A stretch of 64,000 bases of DNA from an uncultured Acidobacteriota bacterium (lineage in GTDB: Bacteria; Actinomycetota; Acidimicrobiia; Spongiisociales; ZC4RG35), in assembly GCA_963780755.1 (NCBI GenBank), contig CAWACX010000001.1:351278-415277 (forward strand). The letters are read 5' to 3'. Below, piece after piece: positions 41,210 to 50,828 of this stretch (the stretch's first letter is position 1; every line of letters starts with the position of its first letter). Below the pieces are notes generated by a model. It searched no databases, was not told the DNA's origin, and saw only the letters and a program-made list of their open reading frames with translations. The position numbers and the translations under genes were made by a program.

Positions 41210-42559
41210 ATGACTACAGGGCGCGCACCCGCGTCGACTCATCTCAAGAGCGCTTCGGTCAGAGAAGGATCGCCACCCCACGGGCCAGCCTCTGACGGCC
41301 CCATCGAAAGTGGCGGCTGGCTGCAGGACTGGATGAACCGAGTGTCCGACCTGGCGCGCCTGAAGGCAGCTCATCCCATGCTCGATGCTGTGATCGACGA
41401 GGTCGATGTGAGGCGAATCCGAGTGGGCGACCAGTGGCTCGCCGACTTTGCCTCGTGCAATTACCTCGGTTTGGACTGGAACCGGGAAGTCATCGACGCA
41501 ATACCGGGCTACCTTCGCCGCTGGGGAACCCACCCGAGTTGGTCGCGGCTCCTGGGTAGCCCTGCGATCTACGAGGAAATCGAGCACCGTCTGTCGACTC
41601 TCCTGGGCTCTGAGGATGTCCTTCTCTTGCCGACGATCACCCACATTCACATGTCGGTGATCCCCGTGTTGGCTGCATCGGGCGTGGTCTTTCTGGACCA
41701 AAGGGCGCACAAGACAATCTTCGACGGCTGCAGCGTTGCTCGGGGCAACGGGGCCACCATCCATCGTTTTCGGCATAACGACTACGAGCACCTAGAGCAA
41801 CTTCTGAAGTCGGATCGTCGCACTCCGCGGGTCATTGCAACCGATGGTGTCAACTCGATGACTGGAAACGCCCCGGACACTCATGAGTTGGCGCGCCTCG
41901 CTCGTGAGTACGACGCGTTGCTCTACATCGATGACGCTCATGGTTTCGGAGTGGTGGGCCATCGGGACCCACACGAGTTGAGTCATTACGGGGTGTCCGG
42001 TGATGGCCTGATCCGACATCACGGTGAGACCTACGAGAACGTGGTGTTCGTTGCCGGGATGTCCAAGGCGTATTCGTCACTGCTTGCGTTTCTGGCAGTT
42101 CCTACCCCGCTCAAGGACCTGCTCAAGGTGGCGGCACCCCCTTACCTGTTCTCAGGGCCTTCGCCAGTCGCCACGCTCGCCAGCGCGCTGGTCGGACTCG
42201 AGGTCAACGAGCGGAACGGTGACCGGTATCGCTACGAGATATTTCGAAAGACACGTGCTGTGCTCGAGTGCCTCGACGACCTGGGCATCTACACACCCAA
42301 CAGCTCGGGTTTCCCCATTGTCGAGATCCCGTTGGCCCGGCACGAAGATATCGACGGGGTGGGCCGCTTTCTATTCGAGCGAGGTATCTATGTGACCCTC
42401 GCCGCATACCCGCTGGTGCCCAAGCGTGAGGTCGGTTTCAGGGTTCAAATCACCAGTGCCAACGATGACGATCAGATTGAGCACCTGTGCGAGGTCATGG
42501 TCGATTTGGCGAGACGTTTCGCATTCCAGCCCTCAGACACCACGAGGCAAGCGAGCTGA
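41210..42559 (+). CDS. PLP-dependent alpha-oxoamine synthase family enzyme (BioF/Spt/CqsA superfamily); start uncertain
   Basis: FASCNYLGL, SRLLG, FRHND, DGVNSMTG, DDAHGFG, GMSKAY (PLP lysine), YLFSG. Confidence 0.88.
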   Translation: MTTGRAPASTHLKSASVREGSPPHGPASDGPIESGGWLQDWMNRVSDLARLKAAHPMLDAVIDEVDVRRIRVGDQWLADFASCNYLGLDWNREVIDAIPGYLRRWGTHPSWSRLLGSPAIYEEIEHRLSTLLGSEDVLLLPTITHIHMSVIPVLAASGVVFLDQRAHKTIFDGCSVARGNGATIHRFRHNDYEHLEQLLKSDRRTPRVIATDGVNSMTGNAPDTHELARLAREYDALLYIDDAHGFGVVGHRDPHELSHYGVSGDGLIRHHGETYENVVFVAGMSKAYSSLLAFLAVPTPLKDLLKVAAPPYLFSGPSPVATLASALVGLEVNERNGDRYRYEIFRKTRAVLECLDDLGIYTPNSSGFPIVEIPLARHEDIDGVGRFLFERGIYVTLAAYPLVPKREVGFRVQITSANDDDQIEHLCEVMVDLARRFAFQPSDTTRQAS

Positions 42560-42561
42560 TC

Positions 42562-44784
42562 ATGGCGACAGGTGAGCTGCAGCGACTCATGGCCAGACCG
42601 GAGTCGTTTGGGCCTCGCTTCACCCTCACGAGGGAGTCGGGGTGGAAGGTTTACCTACTGCTCGGCTCCCTGATACTGGCTGGATTCCTCCTGATCCCGA
42701 CGTTGCGGGTGGGGCCGCTGTTCAACATGATCGCGTTGTCGGGAGCGCTCGCCATCATCTTCACTCTGGGTCGCCACCGTCCCGAGCAGCGCATCCCCTG
42801 GCTGTTGGTTGCGGTAGGTCAGATCGTCTTCGTGGGCGGCGACATCATCACCTACAACTATGAGCGGTTCTTCGGAGTCGAGCCGCCTTTCCCCTCGCTG
42901 GGCGACCTCTTCTACCTGAGCGTCTACCCGTTCCTGATTGCGGGGATTCTCCTCATGATTCGCCGCCGGTCTCCGGGTCGAGATCGGGCGAGCCTCATCG
43001 ACTCGCTGATCATCGGATTCGGCGTCGGCACCTTGTCCTGGGTGTTCCTCATCGCGCCCTACCTCTACGACCCCACCCTGACCGTCTATCAGAAACTCGT
43101 CGCCATGGCCTATCCATTGATGGATCTGGTCTTGCTCACGGTGGCGGTTCGTCTCGGCATGGGGGCGGGTAAACGGTCCGTCGGTTTCTATCTGATGATG
43201 GCCTCGATCGGAGTCCTGTTCGTGACCGATGTCATCTACGGCTGGATCGTTCTCCATGGGGGTTACGACAACACCACGGGGTACCTCGAGGCGGGGTGGG
43301 GGATGTTCTACCTCCTCCTGGGGGCAGCCGCGCTTCACCTGACCACACCACTGATCGAAACACCCGAGCCCGAGCACGAGGCCACCCAGCCTCGGCTCCG
43401 GATCCTGCTTCTGGCATGTGCCGCCTTGATGGCTCCGACGGTGAACATCGTCCAATCGTTGCGCGGGGAAGCCATCGACGTGCCGATCGTCTCCGCCGCC
43501 GCTGCGTTGATGTTCATCTTCGTGCTGATGCGACTCAACGGACTGATGGTGGACATCAGTCAGTACCGAAGAACAGCTCGAGCGCTTACCGAAGCAGAGG
43601 CCAAGTACCGATCATTGGTTGAAGGGCTCCCCGCGGTGGTTTACGTCGCCGACTTCGGGGAGCAGGGCGACTTCACTTATGTCAGCCCCCAGATCGAGTC
43701 AGTGCTGGGCTTCACCCCTGATGAGTTCCAGACCGCCGCCTTCTGGAAGGAGCGCATCATCCCCGAGGACAGGGCTCGCGCCGTCGACGCCGAGCTACGC
43801 CTGGCGGGGGGGAACGCCCGACTCGAGGTCGAGTATCGGATGCTCGGGAAGGACGGGCAGGTTGTGTGGATCAGGGAGGATGCAGACGCGGTCCGCGACG
43901 AGAACGGCATTCCCCTCTATCTGCAGGGTGTGATGTATGACATCACCGAGCAGAAGACCATCGAACAGAAGTTGGTCAAGGCGCTGGCCGCCGAGAAGGA
44001 AACGAATCGCATTCGCTCTGAGTTCGTACTCATGATCAACCATGAGCTGCGCACGCCACTCACGAGTGTGGTCTCAGGCGCCGAGGTGCTCGCCGACTTC
44101 GGGCTGTCCGAGGATGACCGACAGATGATCATCGCCGACATGCTGCGTGATGGCCGAAGACTCGACGGGCTCATCTCCCAGATGCTGACTGTGGCTCGCA
44201 TCGAGAACAGCGGGCTCAACTTCAGCCTGACCAGGACAGAGGTGAGTCAGGTGCTCGAGCGAATCAGGCAGACGGCCGACAGCCGGCTCTACGCATTGGA
44301 CGACGCCTGGGCTGGCGATGCAGTGGTCCACACCGATCGCGAGGCCCTCGTCCAGCTGCTGACCTCGCTTGCCGACAACGCGTTCACTCACGGGGCATCG
44401 AAGGTGGCGATCCAGGTCACCCCAACCCTCCGCTTCAACCCCATACACACGGTGGGGACCCAACCCCAGCAGACGTTGTTCTTCCTGGTATTGGACAATG
44501 GGCCTGGAATCGACCACGAGTTCCTGCCTCGAGCCTTCGAAAAGTTCGAGAAGCACAGCCGGAGCTCTGGTACTGGGCTCGGCCTCTACCTGGCCCGGCT
44601 CATGGTCGAGGCAATGCAAGGCGCCATCTCGGTCCATACCGGGCCGAGTGGCACGATCATGGCCGTGGCGATACCACTGGTGTCGGTCGACGGGCCGCCC
44701 GCGGACGGCGATCCGAGCTTTAACGGCAACGGGCTCGAAACCACCCAGCTTTCCCAACGCCTGTCATCGGCACTGGCTGAATAA
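42562..44784 (+). CDS. Multi-TM sensor histidine kinase with PAS/PAC domain
   Basis: About 9-10 TMs (PFPSLGDLFYL), PAS YVSPQIESVLG..PEDR, HELRTPLT, DNGPGI, GTGLGL. Confidence 0.92.
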   Translation: MATGELQRLMARPESFGPRFTLTRESGWKVYLLLGSLILAGFLLIPTLRVGPLFNMIALSGALAIIFTLGRHRPEQRIPWLLVAVGQIVFVGGDIITYNYERFFGVEPPFPSLGDLFYLSVYPFLIAGILLMIRRRSPGRDRASLIDSLIIGFGVGTLSWVFLIAPYLYDPTLTVYQKLVAMAYPLMDLVLLTVAVRLGMGAGKRSVGFYLMMASIGVLFVTDVIYGWIVLHGGYDNTTGYLEAGWGMFYLLLGAAALHLTTPLIETPEPEHEATQPRLRILLLACAALMAPTVNIVQSLRGEAIDVPIVSAAAALMFIFVLMRLNGLMVDISQYRRTARALTEAEAKYRSLVEGLPAVVYVADFGEQGDFTYVSPQIESVLGFTPDEFQTAAFWKERIIPEDRARAVDAELRLAGGNARLEVEYRMLGKDGQVVWIREDADAVRDENGIPLYLQGVMYDITEQKTIEQKLVKALAAEKETNRIRSEFVLMINHELRTPLTSVVSGAEVLADFGLSEDDRQMIIADMLRDGRRLDGLISQMLTVARIENSGLNFSLTRTEVSQVLERIRQTADSRLYALDDAWAGDAVVHTDREALVQLLTSLADNAFTHGASKVAIQVTPTLRFNPIHTVGTQPQQTLFFLVLDNGPGIDHEFLPRAFEKFEKHSRSSGTGLGLYLARLMVEAMQGAISVHTGPSGTIMAVAIPLVSVDGPPADGDPSFNGNGLETTQLSQRLSSALAE

Positions 44785-46079
44785 TGGAGCACCGTTCGGT
44801 GCCTGAGGATGGGAGCGGCGCCTTCAGGCTCTTCCGACCGCTGCGGATCCGGGACTTCAGATTGTTGTGGTCCGGCCTCGTCGTCTCTCTGATCGGGGAT
44901 GGGATGTTCCTGATCGCCATGGCGTGGCAGGTATACGAGCTCTCCGATGCCCCGAGTGCCCTGGCAATGGTCGGGCTGTCAATGTCGATACCTCATGTCT
45001 TGTTTCTGCTGATCGGGGGGGTGGTCACCGATCGCGTTGATCGTAGGAAGGTGATGATCGGGGCCGATCTGGTGCGCGGGCTGGCGGTGGGTCTGCTTGG
45101 CCTCCTCGCAGTGAGCGGAAACATCGCTCTCTGGCACATCGTGGCCCTCGTGGCTGTCTACGGAGCCGGCAACGCATTCTTCGGCCCGGCGTTCGATGCC
45201 ATCGTCCCCGACGTCGTCCCACCCGAGCTCCTTACGCAGGCGAACTCAATGGACCAACTCGTCCGGCCTGCGGCATGGCAAATGGCGGGGCCCGCCATCG
45301 GGGGAGTGGTCGTCGGGGTGCTCGGAGCCGGCGCGGCATTCCTCATCGACGCCGGAACGTTTGCGATCTCGATCTGGGCACTCTCTCTGATCAGGTCGAA
45401 GGTCAGCGATGAGCCGGGCGAGACCGAGGGATCCCTCTTCGAAGAAGTAGCGGTGGGTCTTCGCTATGTCCGGCAGCGGGTCTGGCTCTGGGGCACTTTC
45501 CTCGCCGCGACCGTCGGCTACCTCATGTTCCTGGGACCGGTCGAGGTGCTCCTCCCTTACGTCGTCAAGAACGAGATGGGCGGCTCGGCTACCGACCTCG
45601 GGTTCATCCTTGCTGTCGGAGGGATTGGCGCCATCGGTGCCGCGATGTTCATGAGTGCTCGTGGGATTCCACGAAGGAACATGACATTCATCTACGTCAC
45701 CTGGACCATCTCCACCTTGGCGGTGGCCGGCTACGGGCTGGCCAACTATCCATGGCAGGCGATGGTCGCGGCGTTCATCTTCGGCTCATTCGAGGCCGCC
45801 GGTCTCATCGCGTGGATCACCACGAAACACCGGCTGGTGCCCCGTCATCTCCTGGGGCGGGTTTCGAGCCTGGATTGGTTCATCTCGATCGGTCTCCTCC
45901 CGGTCTCCTACGCGCTCACGGTTCCGGCGGCCGAGTACTTGGGTCCCCGTACCAGCTTGATCGCTGCTGGCGTCTTGGGAGCAGCCGGCACCCTCGCCTT
46001 CCTGTTTCTCCCCGGAATGCGTGATCCCGAGGAGATGCAGCCAGCTCTTTCCGGCCCGGTCGAACTGACCACTGCCTGA
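44784..46079 (+). CDS. MFS transporter (DHA3/EntS-like)
   Basis: DFRLLWSG..VSLIGD, GGVVTDRVDRRKVM, LLGRVSS; ~12 TMs; TAATG overlap with kinase. Confidence 0.92.
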   Translation: MEHRSVPEDGSGAFRLFRPLRIRDFRLLWSGLVVSLIGDGMFLIAMAWQVYELSDAPSALAMVGLSMSIPHVLFLLIGGVVTDRVDRRKVMIGADLVRGLAVGLLGLLAVSGNIALWHIVALVAVYGAGNAFFGPAFDAIVPDVVPPELLTQANSMDQLVRPAAWQMAGPAIGGVVVGVLGAGAAFLIDAGTFAISIWALSLIRSKVSDEPGETEGSLFEEVAVGLRYVRQRVWLWGTFLAATVGYLMFLGPVEVLLPYVVKNEMGGSATDLGFILAVGGIGAIGAAMFMSARGIPRRNMTFIYVTWTISTLAVAGYGLANYPWQAMVAAFIFGSFEAAGLIAWITTKHRLVPRHLLGRVSSLDWFISIGLLPVSYALTVPAAEYLGPRTSLIAAGVLGAAGTLAFLFLPGMRDPEEMQPALSGPVELTTA

Positions 46080-46254
46080 CCCTCCCCGAACGGTGTTCTA
46101 GCGACGCGGCCTCCCTGGCATAGGTCTGGTGCAGTCGCCGAACCGGGCGGCGCCGGTGTTGTGGAGGGTCGTCGGGCTCGACGGTGGCTTCCGGGCTCGA
46201 CGCGTCTGTTCCCGGACCGTTGAGGGCGTTCCTGCTTGTACCCTGCGAATTGGC

Positions 46255-46329
46255 GGGCCCGTAGCTCAATCCGGTCAGAGCAGCGGACTCATAATCCGTT
46301 GGTTGCAGGTTCAAGTCCTGCCGGGCCCA
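46255..46329 (+). tRNA. tRNA with CAT anticodon, probably tRNA-Ile2
   Basis: GGGCCCG/CGGGCCC acceptor, CTCATAA loop, GGTTCAAGTCC T-arm; lacks initiator C1:A72 mismatch and the three G:C anticodon-stem pairs. Confidence 0.92.
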
Positions 46330-46407
46330 CCCGACAAGGGTCGACGAAAGCGCGTATCAGGGACCTCGCTCAGGTCTCTATCCAACACATGCTGTGACAA
46401 GCGAAGA

Positions 46408-46485
46408 CGTTGGGCGAGAAGCGGTGGCTAACACGGCCTCTCGTTGGGCGAGGAGTTGTGGCTAACGCAACTTCTCGCAACAACG
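46408..46485. repeat. Direct + inverted repeat (REP-like) downstream of tRNA
   Basis: CGTTGGGCGAGRAGYKGTGGCTAAC at 46408-46432 and 46442-46466, then complementary arm GCAACTTCTCGCAACAACG. Confidence 0.6.
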
Positions 46486-46506
46486 CGTCTGACGAGAAAT
46501 GCCCGG

Positions 46507-46954
46507 TCAGCTGACCGCAGTCTTCACGAGGGCTGCGATTTTCTTTTCGACGGCCGGGGTCCATTCGCCGATCGCAAAGACAACGGGCCACATTGGCTGG
46601 TCGTCGAGATTCGCCGAGTCTTCGAATCCCAACATCGCATAGCGACCGTCGAACTTGGATGCGGCCTTGAAGAAGCAGATGAGCTTGCCGTCTGGTCTCG
46701 CGTAGGCAGGCATGCCGTACCAGGTCCGGGACAGAAGCTCCGGCACGTTCGCGGTGACGAGCGCGTGTATCCGTTCGGCGATGACCCGATCTGCCTTCGG
46801 CATCTCGGCGATTGCATCGAGCACGGCGCCGTTCGTTGTCGGCCTGTTTCTGGCCTCCGCGACCCTGCGCCTTCAACTCCTGGGCACGGGCCTTCATAGC
46901 CTCACGCTCCGCCGCCGAAAAGCCGTCCGAGCCGGATTTCTTCGTAGTGGTCAC
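46507..46954 (-). CDS. DUF1801 (YdhG-like) protein; +1 frameshift near 46826
   Basis: GFSAAEREAMKARAQELKA then VLDAIAEM, TWYGMPAYA, CFFK.ASKF..RY. Confidence 0.88.
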
Positions 46955-47047
46955 TCTTGTCCTCCTCTTGGGGTTCGTCAGTGACACTACGGGCGAAGCG
47001 GTGGGATCGCTTCTCGAATCCTGCTCGATCGGGCCGCGGACGACGGG

Positions 47048-47299
47048 TCAAGTGGCTGTATCGAATGACTCCTCAGATGCTTGGAGAAAAGCATTGTCGA
47101 TCGCCTTTGAAGGGTCGGGCCCGTTCCAGGTGATCTCGTCTTTGTAGCAACGCCATGACGGGTCGTCGCCGTAGATCACACATCCGCCGAGCACCACGAG
47201 CCCACGCTCGGCCGCGGCCCAAACGATGCCGCTCGGATAGCCGTACACGATGGGGACACCGGTCTCGCCACACACCGGGCAATTTCGACTGCGTCTCAC
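47048..47299 (-). CDS. Small Cys-containing hypothetical protein
   Basis: CPVCG...IVYGYP...LGGC....P.WRC pattern. Confidence 0.55.
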   Translation of the reverse strand: MRRSRNCPVCGETGVPIVYGYPSGIVWAAAERGLVVLGGCVIYGDDPSWRCYKDEITWNGPDPSKAIDNAFLQASEESFDTAT

Positions 47300-47372
47300 C
47301 CCCGACAACCTAAAGGCCGGCTGGGACAAATCCTGCCGTAATGTCTGGCGCACGGGTTCCGAGGAGGGCTGG

Positions 47373-47849
47373 ATGTCAGACGATCGTGAGCAAGCCCCTT
47401 CGCTGCCGCCAAGATGGTTCATCCGCCTCGCCTGGTACACCCACCGCGGCTTGTACCGCGTCACCGGTGGCCGATTCGGACTCCGACGTCCGGATACCAA
47501 CCGATGGGGCATGATGCGAATGACCACCATCGGGCGCCGCACCGGCCAGGAGCGAAGTGTCATCCTCGGCTACATCGAGGATGGACCGAACCTGGTCACC
47601 ATTGCGATGAACGGCTGGGCTGACCCCGAGCCCACGTGGTGGCTCAATCTCCAAGCACATCCGGATGCCAACGTGGTAGTGCCGAGCGGCCCGCTCGAGG
47701 TCAGAGGGCGGGCAGCCGAAGGGGAGGAGAGGTCGCGTCTCTGGTCGCTGTGGCTCGAGGTCGACGCCCGGCTGGGCGAATTCGCGCCGCTGCGGTCCGG
47801 GGAGACCGCCGTCGTTGTCCTGGAGCCACTGCCGCCGACGACTGGTTAG
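47373..47849 (+). CDS. Deazaflavin (F420)-dependent nitroreductase family protein
   Basis: TTIGRRTGQER, MNGW...PTWWLNLQAHP, VVVLEP. Confidence 0.88.
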   Translation: MSDDREQAPSLPPRWFIRLAWYTHRGLYRVTGGRFGLRRPDTNRWGMMRMTTIGRRTGQERSVILGYIEDGPNLVTIAMNGWADPEPTWWLNLQAHPDANVVVPSGPLEVRGRAAEGEERSRLWSLWLEVDARLGEFAPLRSGETAVVVLEPLPPTTG

Positions 47850-47858
47850 GTTGGGCCC

Positions 47859-48308
47859 ATGACCGAGACCTTGCTGGTGATCCACGTCCTATCGGCCGTC
47901 GCCTGGCTTGGTGGCGGGATGTTCAACGGCTTCGTTGGGCCGAGGATGGCGAAGGTCGGTGGCGAGACCGCCATCAACTGGATCCGGACGCTGATCGACG
48001 CCGCGTCCAAGTACTTCATCCCGGCTGGCTTCGCGACCCTGCTCTCCGGCATCGCGCTGGTGCTTTCCGATGAGGCCTACGACTTCTCGATGGCATTCGT
48101 CGGGATCGGTATCGCGGTGGCGGTGATCGCCCTGATCCTGGCCTTCAGCATCCTGCGGCCATCCGCGGTCAAGGCGCTGGCCGCGGCGGAGGCTGGAGAC
48201 TTCCCCTCGGTTGGCCTGCATGCGAAGCGTGCCGCGTTGACCGGGCGCATCGTCGTGGTTCTTCTTGTTCTTACCGAGATCTCGATGGTCCTTCGCATCG
48301 GCGCCTGA
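47859..48308 (+). CDS. Four-TM membrane protein (DUF2269-like)
   Basis: IHVLSAVAWLGG, LLSGI, C-terminal MVLR. Confidence 0.7.
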   Translation: MTETLLVIHVLSAVAWLGGGMFNGFVGPRMAKVGGETAINWIRTLIDAASKYFIPAGFATLLSGIALVLSDEAYDFSMAFVGIGIAVAVIALILAFSILRPSAVKALAAAEAGDFPSVGLHAKRAALTGRIVVVLLVLTEISMVLRIGA

Positions 48309-48319
48309 CCCGGGCAGCC

Positions 48320-48703
48320 TCAGACTGACAGGGCGACCACCGCGCAGCAGATAGCGATGGCGAGGGACACGAATCCCCACCACCGCTCCCGTTTCGAGCG
48401 GGACGCGAAGTTGGCCAAGGTGCCCAGGATGAAGACGCCGGTGAGGATCCACATTCCGAGTTTCCCTTTCCCGGGGACCCAGTTGGCGTCGATGACTCCG
48501 GCTGTCGCCAGGACGAAGATTATGAGCGCAGGGAAGACACCAAGGCCCACGACACCGCTGGCGAAACGCAAACGCCCGGGGAGGACACCCTCATGCCAGC
48601 CTCCCCAGGCTGCGAACCCGGCGGGTGCGCCCAGGGCGAGGGCGATGTGGAACACCGCCACCACGCCCATCAACACTGCGGCAATGATTGCGGCCGTTTC
48701 CAT
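48320..48703 (-). CDS. Membrane protein
   Basis: FHIALALGAP.G.AAWGG...LP..LR, N.ASRS..ER. Confidence 0.75.
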   Translation of the reverse strand: METAAIIAAVLMGVVAVFHIALALGAPAGFAAWGGWHEGVLPGRLRFASGVVGLGVFPALIIFVLATAGVIDANWVPGKGKLGMWILTGVFILGTLANFASRSKRERWWGFVSLAIAICCAVVALSV

Positions 48704-48788
48704 TTGCGGACGATAGCCCAGGGCCTCGTCGCTGCCCTGGCCGGGTGGAAGAATGCCCATCGTGAATTCCCCGCGCCCGGTGGGAAGG

Positions 48789-50000
48789 ATGAATCGAACC
48801 GTCGACAGGCTGTTGTCGATCGGCACCTACCCGGAGGAGCTGGAGGCACAGCGAGCCCGACGGCGCATCATGGTGGCCGCAATCTTCCTGGCGACTCTGT
48901 TGTCCATCGTTGGTATTGCCAGCGACGCAAATGCCGGGTTTGTCCTGTCGGTCTGGTTTGGCCTGGCGGTCGTCGTGATCACGGTCGGTGTGCTCGTCGC
49001 CCTGCACCTACGACCACTCTGGTTTGCAGCTCTGGTCAACGCATTATTTGTCGCAGTGACCCTTTCCCAGCTCGTGGAGGCCACGTTGTTTGGTGGATTC
49101 CTCGAGTCAGGGCTGGTCGTTATGTTCGGTCTGGTCATTGTGACCGGTGCCCTGGTCGCACTCGGCACCAAGGCGGCGTACTGGTGGTTTGCGGCTTTTG
49201 TCCTGTCGGTTGTCTATTCGGTCCTCATCCCCAACTGGGTGGACCCGGTCTATGTGATGACCGACCCGGGAGGCGACGCAGCATTCAACCTCGTAGCTGC
49301 AGGATCGGTGATATTTGCGGTGATGGTCTATTTCGTGCGACAACGCGACAGATTCCAGAAGCAGTCCGACGACCTGCTTCACAACATCCTGCCGGACGAG
49401 ATCGCCAAGCGACTCAAGGTGGACACCGCGATGATCGCCGATTCCTTCCCATCGGCCTCGGTGCTGTTCGCCGACGTGGTGGGATTCACCCCGATGTCAG
49501 CCGGAATGTCCGCCCCGGAGTTGGTTGGCCTGCTGAACAGCATTTTCACCACCTTCGATGGCTTCGTGGAAGAGCTGGGACTGGAGAAGATCAAGACCGT
49601 TGGAGATGCCTACATGGCCGCCGCAGGCGTACCGGAGACCCGGGTCGACCATGCCGAAGCAATCGCTGAGCTCGCCCTGCGCATCCGCGATCATGTGGCG
49701 GATCACGAGTTCGCGGGACACAAGATCGCGGTTCGGATCGGGATCAACTCCGGCCCGGTGATCGCCGGGATCATCGGCACCCACAAGTTCTCCTACGACC
49801 TCTGGGGAGATGTGGTGAACACGGCGAGCCGGATGGAGTCGGAGGGAGTGCCTGGGGCGATACAGGTGAGCGCCAGCACCTGCGAATTGATACGGAGCCG
49901 GTTCTTTTGCGAGCCGCGTGGCACTGTCTCGATCAAGGGAAAAGGCGAGATGGAGACCTACATCCTTCTTTCGCGTCGGGCTCCTGCCCCGGTTGATTAG
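48789..50000 (+). CDS. Membrane-bound class III adenylate cyclase
   Basis: About six TMs, LLHNILP, LFADVVGFT, EKIKTVGDAYM, YDLWGDVVNTASRME (K/D = ATP specificity). Confidence 0.93.
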   Translation: MNRTVDRLLSIGTYPEELEAQRARRRIMVAAIFLATLLSIVGIASDANAGFVLSVWFGLAVVVITVGVLVALHLRPLWFAALVNALFVAVTLSQLVEATLFGGFLESGLVVMFGLVIVTGALVALGTKAAYWWFAAFVLSVVYSVLIPNWVDPVYVMTDPGGDAAFNLVAAGSVIFAVMVYFVRQRDRFQKQSDDLLHNILPDEIAKRLKVDTAMIADSFPSASVLFADVVGFTPMSAGMSAPELVGLLNSIFTTFDGFVEELGLEKIKTVGDAYMAAAGVPETRVDHAEAIAELALRIRDHVADHEFAGHKIAVRIGINSGPVIAGIIGTHKFSYDLWGDVVNTASRMESEGVPGAIQVSASTCELIRSRFFCEPRGTVSIKGKGEMETYILLSRRAPAPVD

Positions 50001-50014
50001 CTAGTGAGCAAGGG

Positions 50015-50371
50015 TTGAAGTTCGAGGCCGTCGACCAGTACCTCGCCGCCCAGCCCGAGGAGGTCCGGGAGATCCTGGAGAGGATCCGGGAGCGGATGAG
50101 GGAATGGGTCCCCGACGGCGAGGAGGTCATCAGCTACCAGATCCCGACCATCAAGGTCGGTGGCAAGGCCGTGGTCTATTTCGCGGCTTGGAAGAGCCAC
50201 ATCTCGATCTATCCCGTCCACCCGCTCGACGAGCCGTTGGAGGCCGAAGTCTCCAGGTACCGCTCGGGCAAGGACACGTTGCGCTTCCCTCTCGACGAGC
50301 CGATTCCGTATGACTTGATCGGACAGGTAGTCGCAGCGATCCTCGCCAGACATCAGGGGAAGACGGGCTGA
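50015..50371 (+). CDS. DUF1801 (YdhG-like) protein
   Basis: VDQYLAAQP, EVISYQIPT, FAAWKSHISIYP, LRFPLDEPIP. Confidence 0.88.
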   Translation: MKFEAVDQYLAAQPEEVREILERIRERMREWVPDGEEVISYQIPTIKVGGKAVVYFAAWKSHISIYPVHPLDEPLEAEVSRYRSGKDTLRFPLDEPIPYDLIGQVVAAILARHQGKTG

Positions 50372-50377
50372 CCGTTC

Positions 50378-50719
50378 CTAGCGGCTGTCGAATTCCACGG
50401 CTTGGGCGATGTAGTAGCGGAGGGCGTCGGTGTCCATCGTGTCCACGCTCTTCATCCTGACGTTCTTCGACACGTGGCCAACTCCTTCGAGCAGCCCAAA
50501 CTCGTCGTCGAACTCGGCCCCCCGAGAGAAGGCGAGTGTGATGCCCTTCTTCGTCGGGCTGATCACGGCGATAATCCGTGTCAGCTTGTAACTCGGTATC
50601 CCGTAGCTGATGATCTCGTCGGCGTCGGGGGCGCACTCTCGCATCATCTCCCGGATCCTCTCGACCACAGGTCGGTACTCGGGGAGGACCTTGGTGGCGA
50701 CGAATTCATCGACGGTCAC
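50378..50719 (-). CDS. DUF1801 (YdhG-like) protein
   Basis: EIISYGIP, F.RGAEFDD.FGLLEG.G, LRYYI.QA. Confidence 0.8.
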   Translation of the reverse strand: MTVDEFVATKVLPEYRPVVERIREMMRECAPDADEIISYGIPSYKLTRIIAVISPTKKGITLAFSRGAEFDDEFGLLEGVGHVSKNVRMKSVDTMDTDALRYYIAQAVEFDSR

Positions 50720-50792
50720 GGCGCTGACGGTACCCGTTTACCCAGTCCGCGAAAACTGATCGTGAGTCGCGAAAAAAGGAAAGCATCCTGGC

Positions 50793-50821
50793 TTGCATCC
50801 CCGGAGCGGAGTCCCTACCTT
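50793..50821 (+). promoter_or_regulatory. Sigma-A type promoter of putative ncRNA
   Basis: TTGCAT-N17-TACCTT with upstream A-tract GAAAAAAGGAAA. Confidence 0.65.
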
Positions 50822-50828
50822 CCCATTT

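Noticed and set aside
41210-42559. bioF annotation
   Set aside because: No bio genes nearby, divergent substrate motifs and signalling context; symbol withheld
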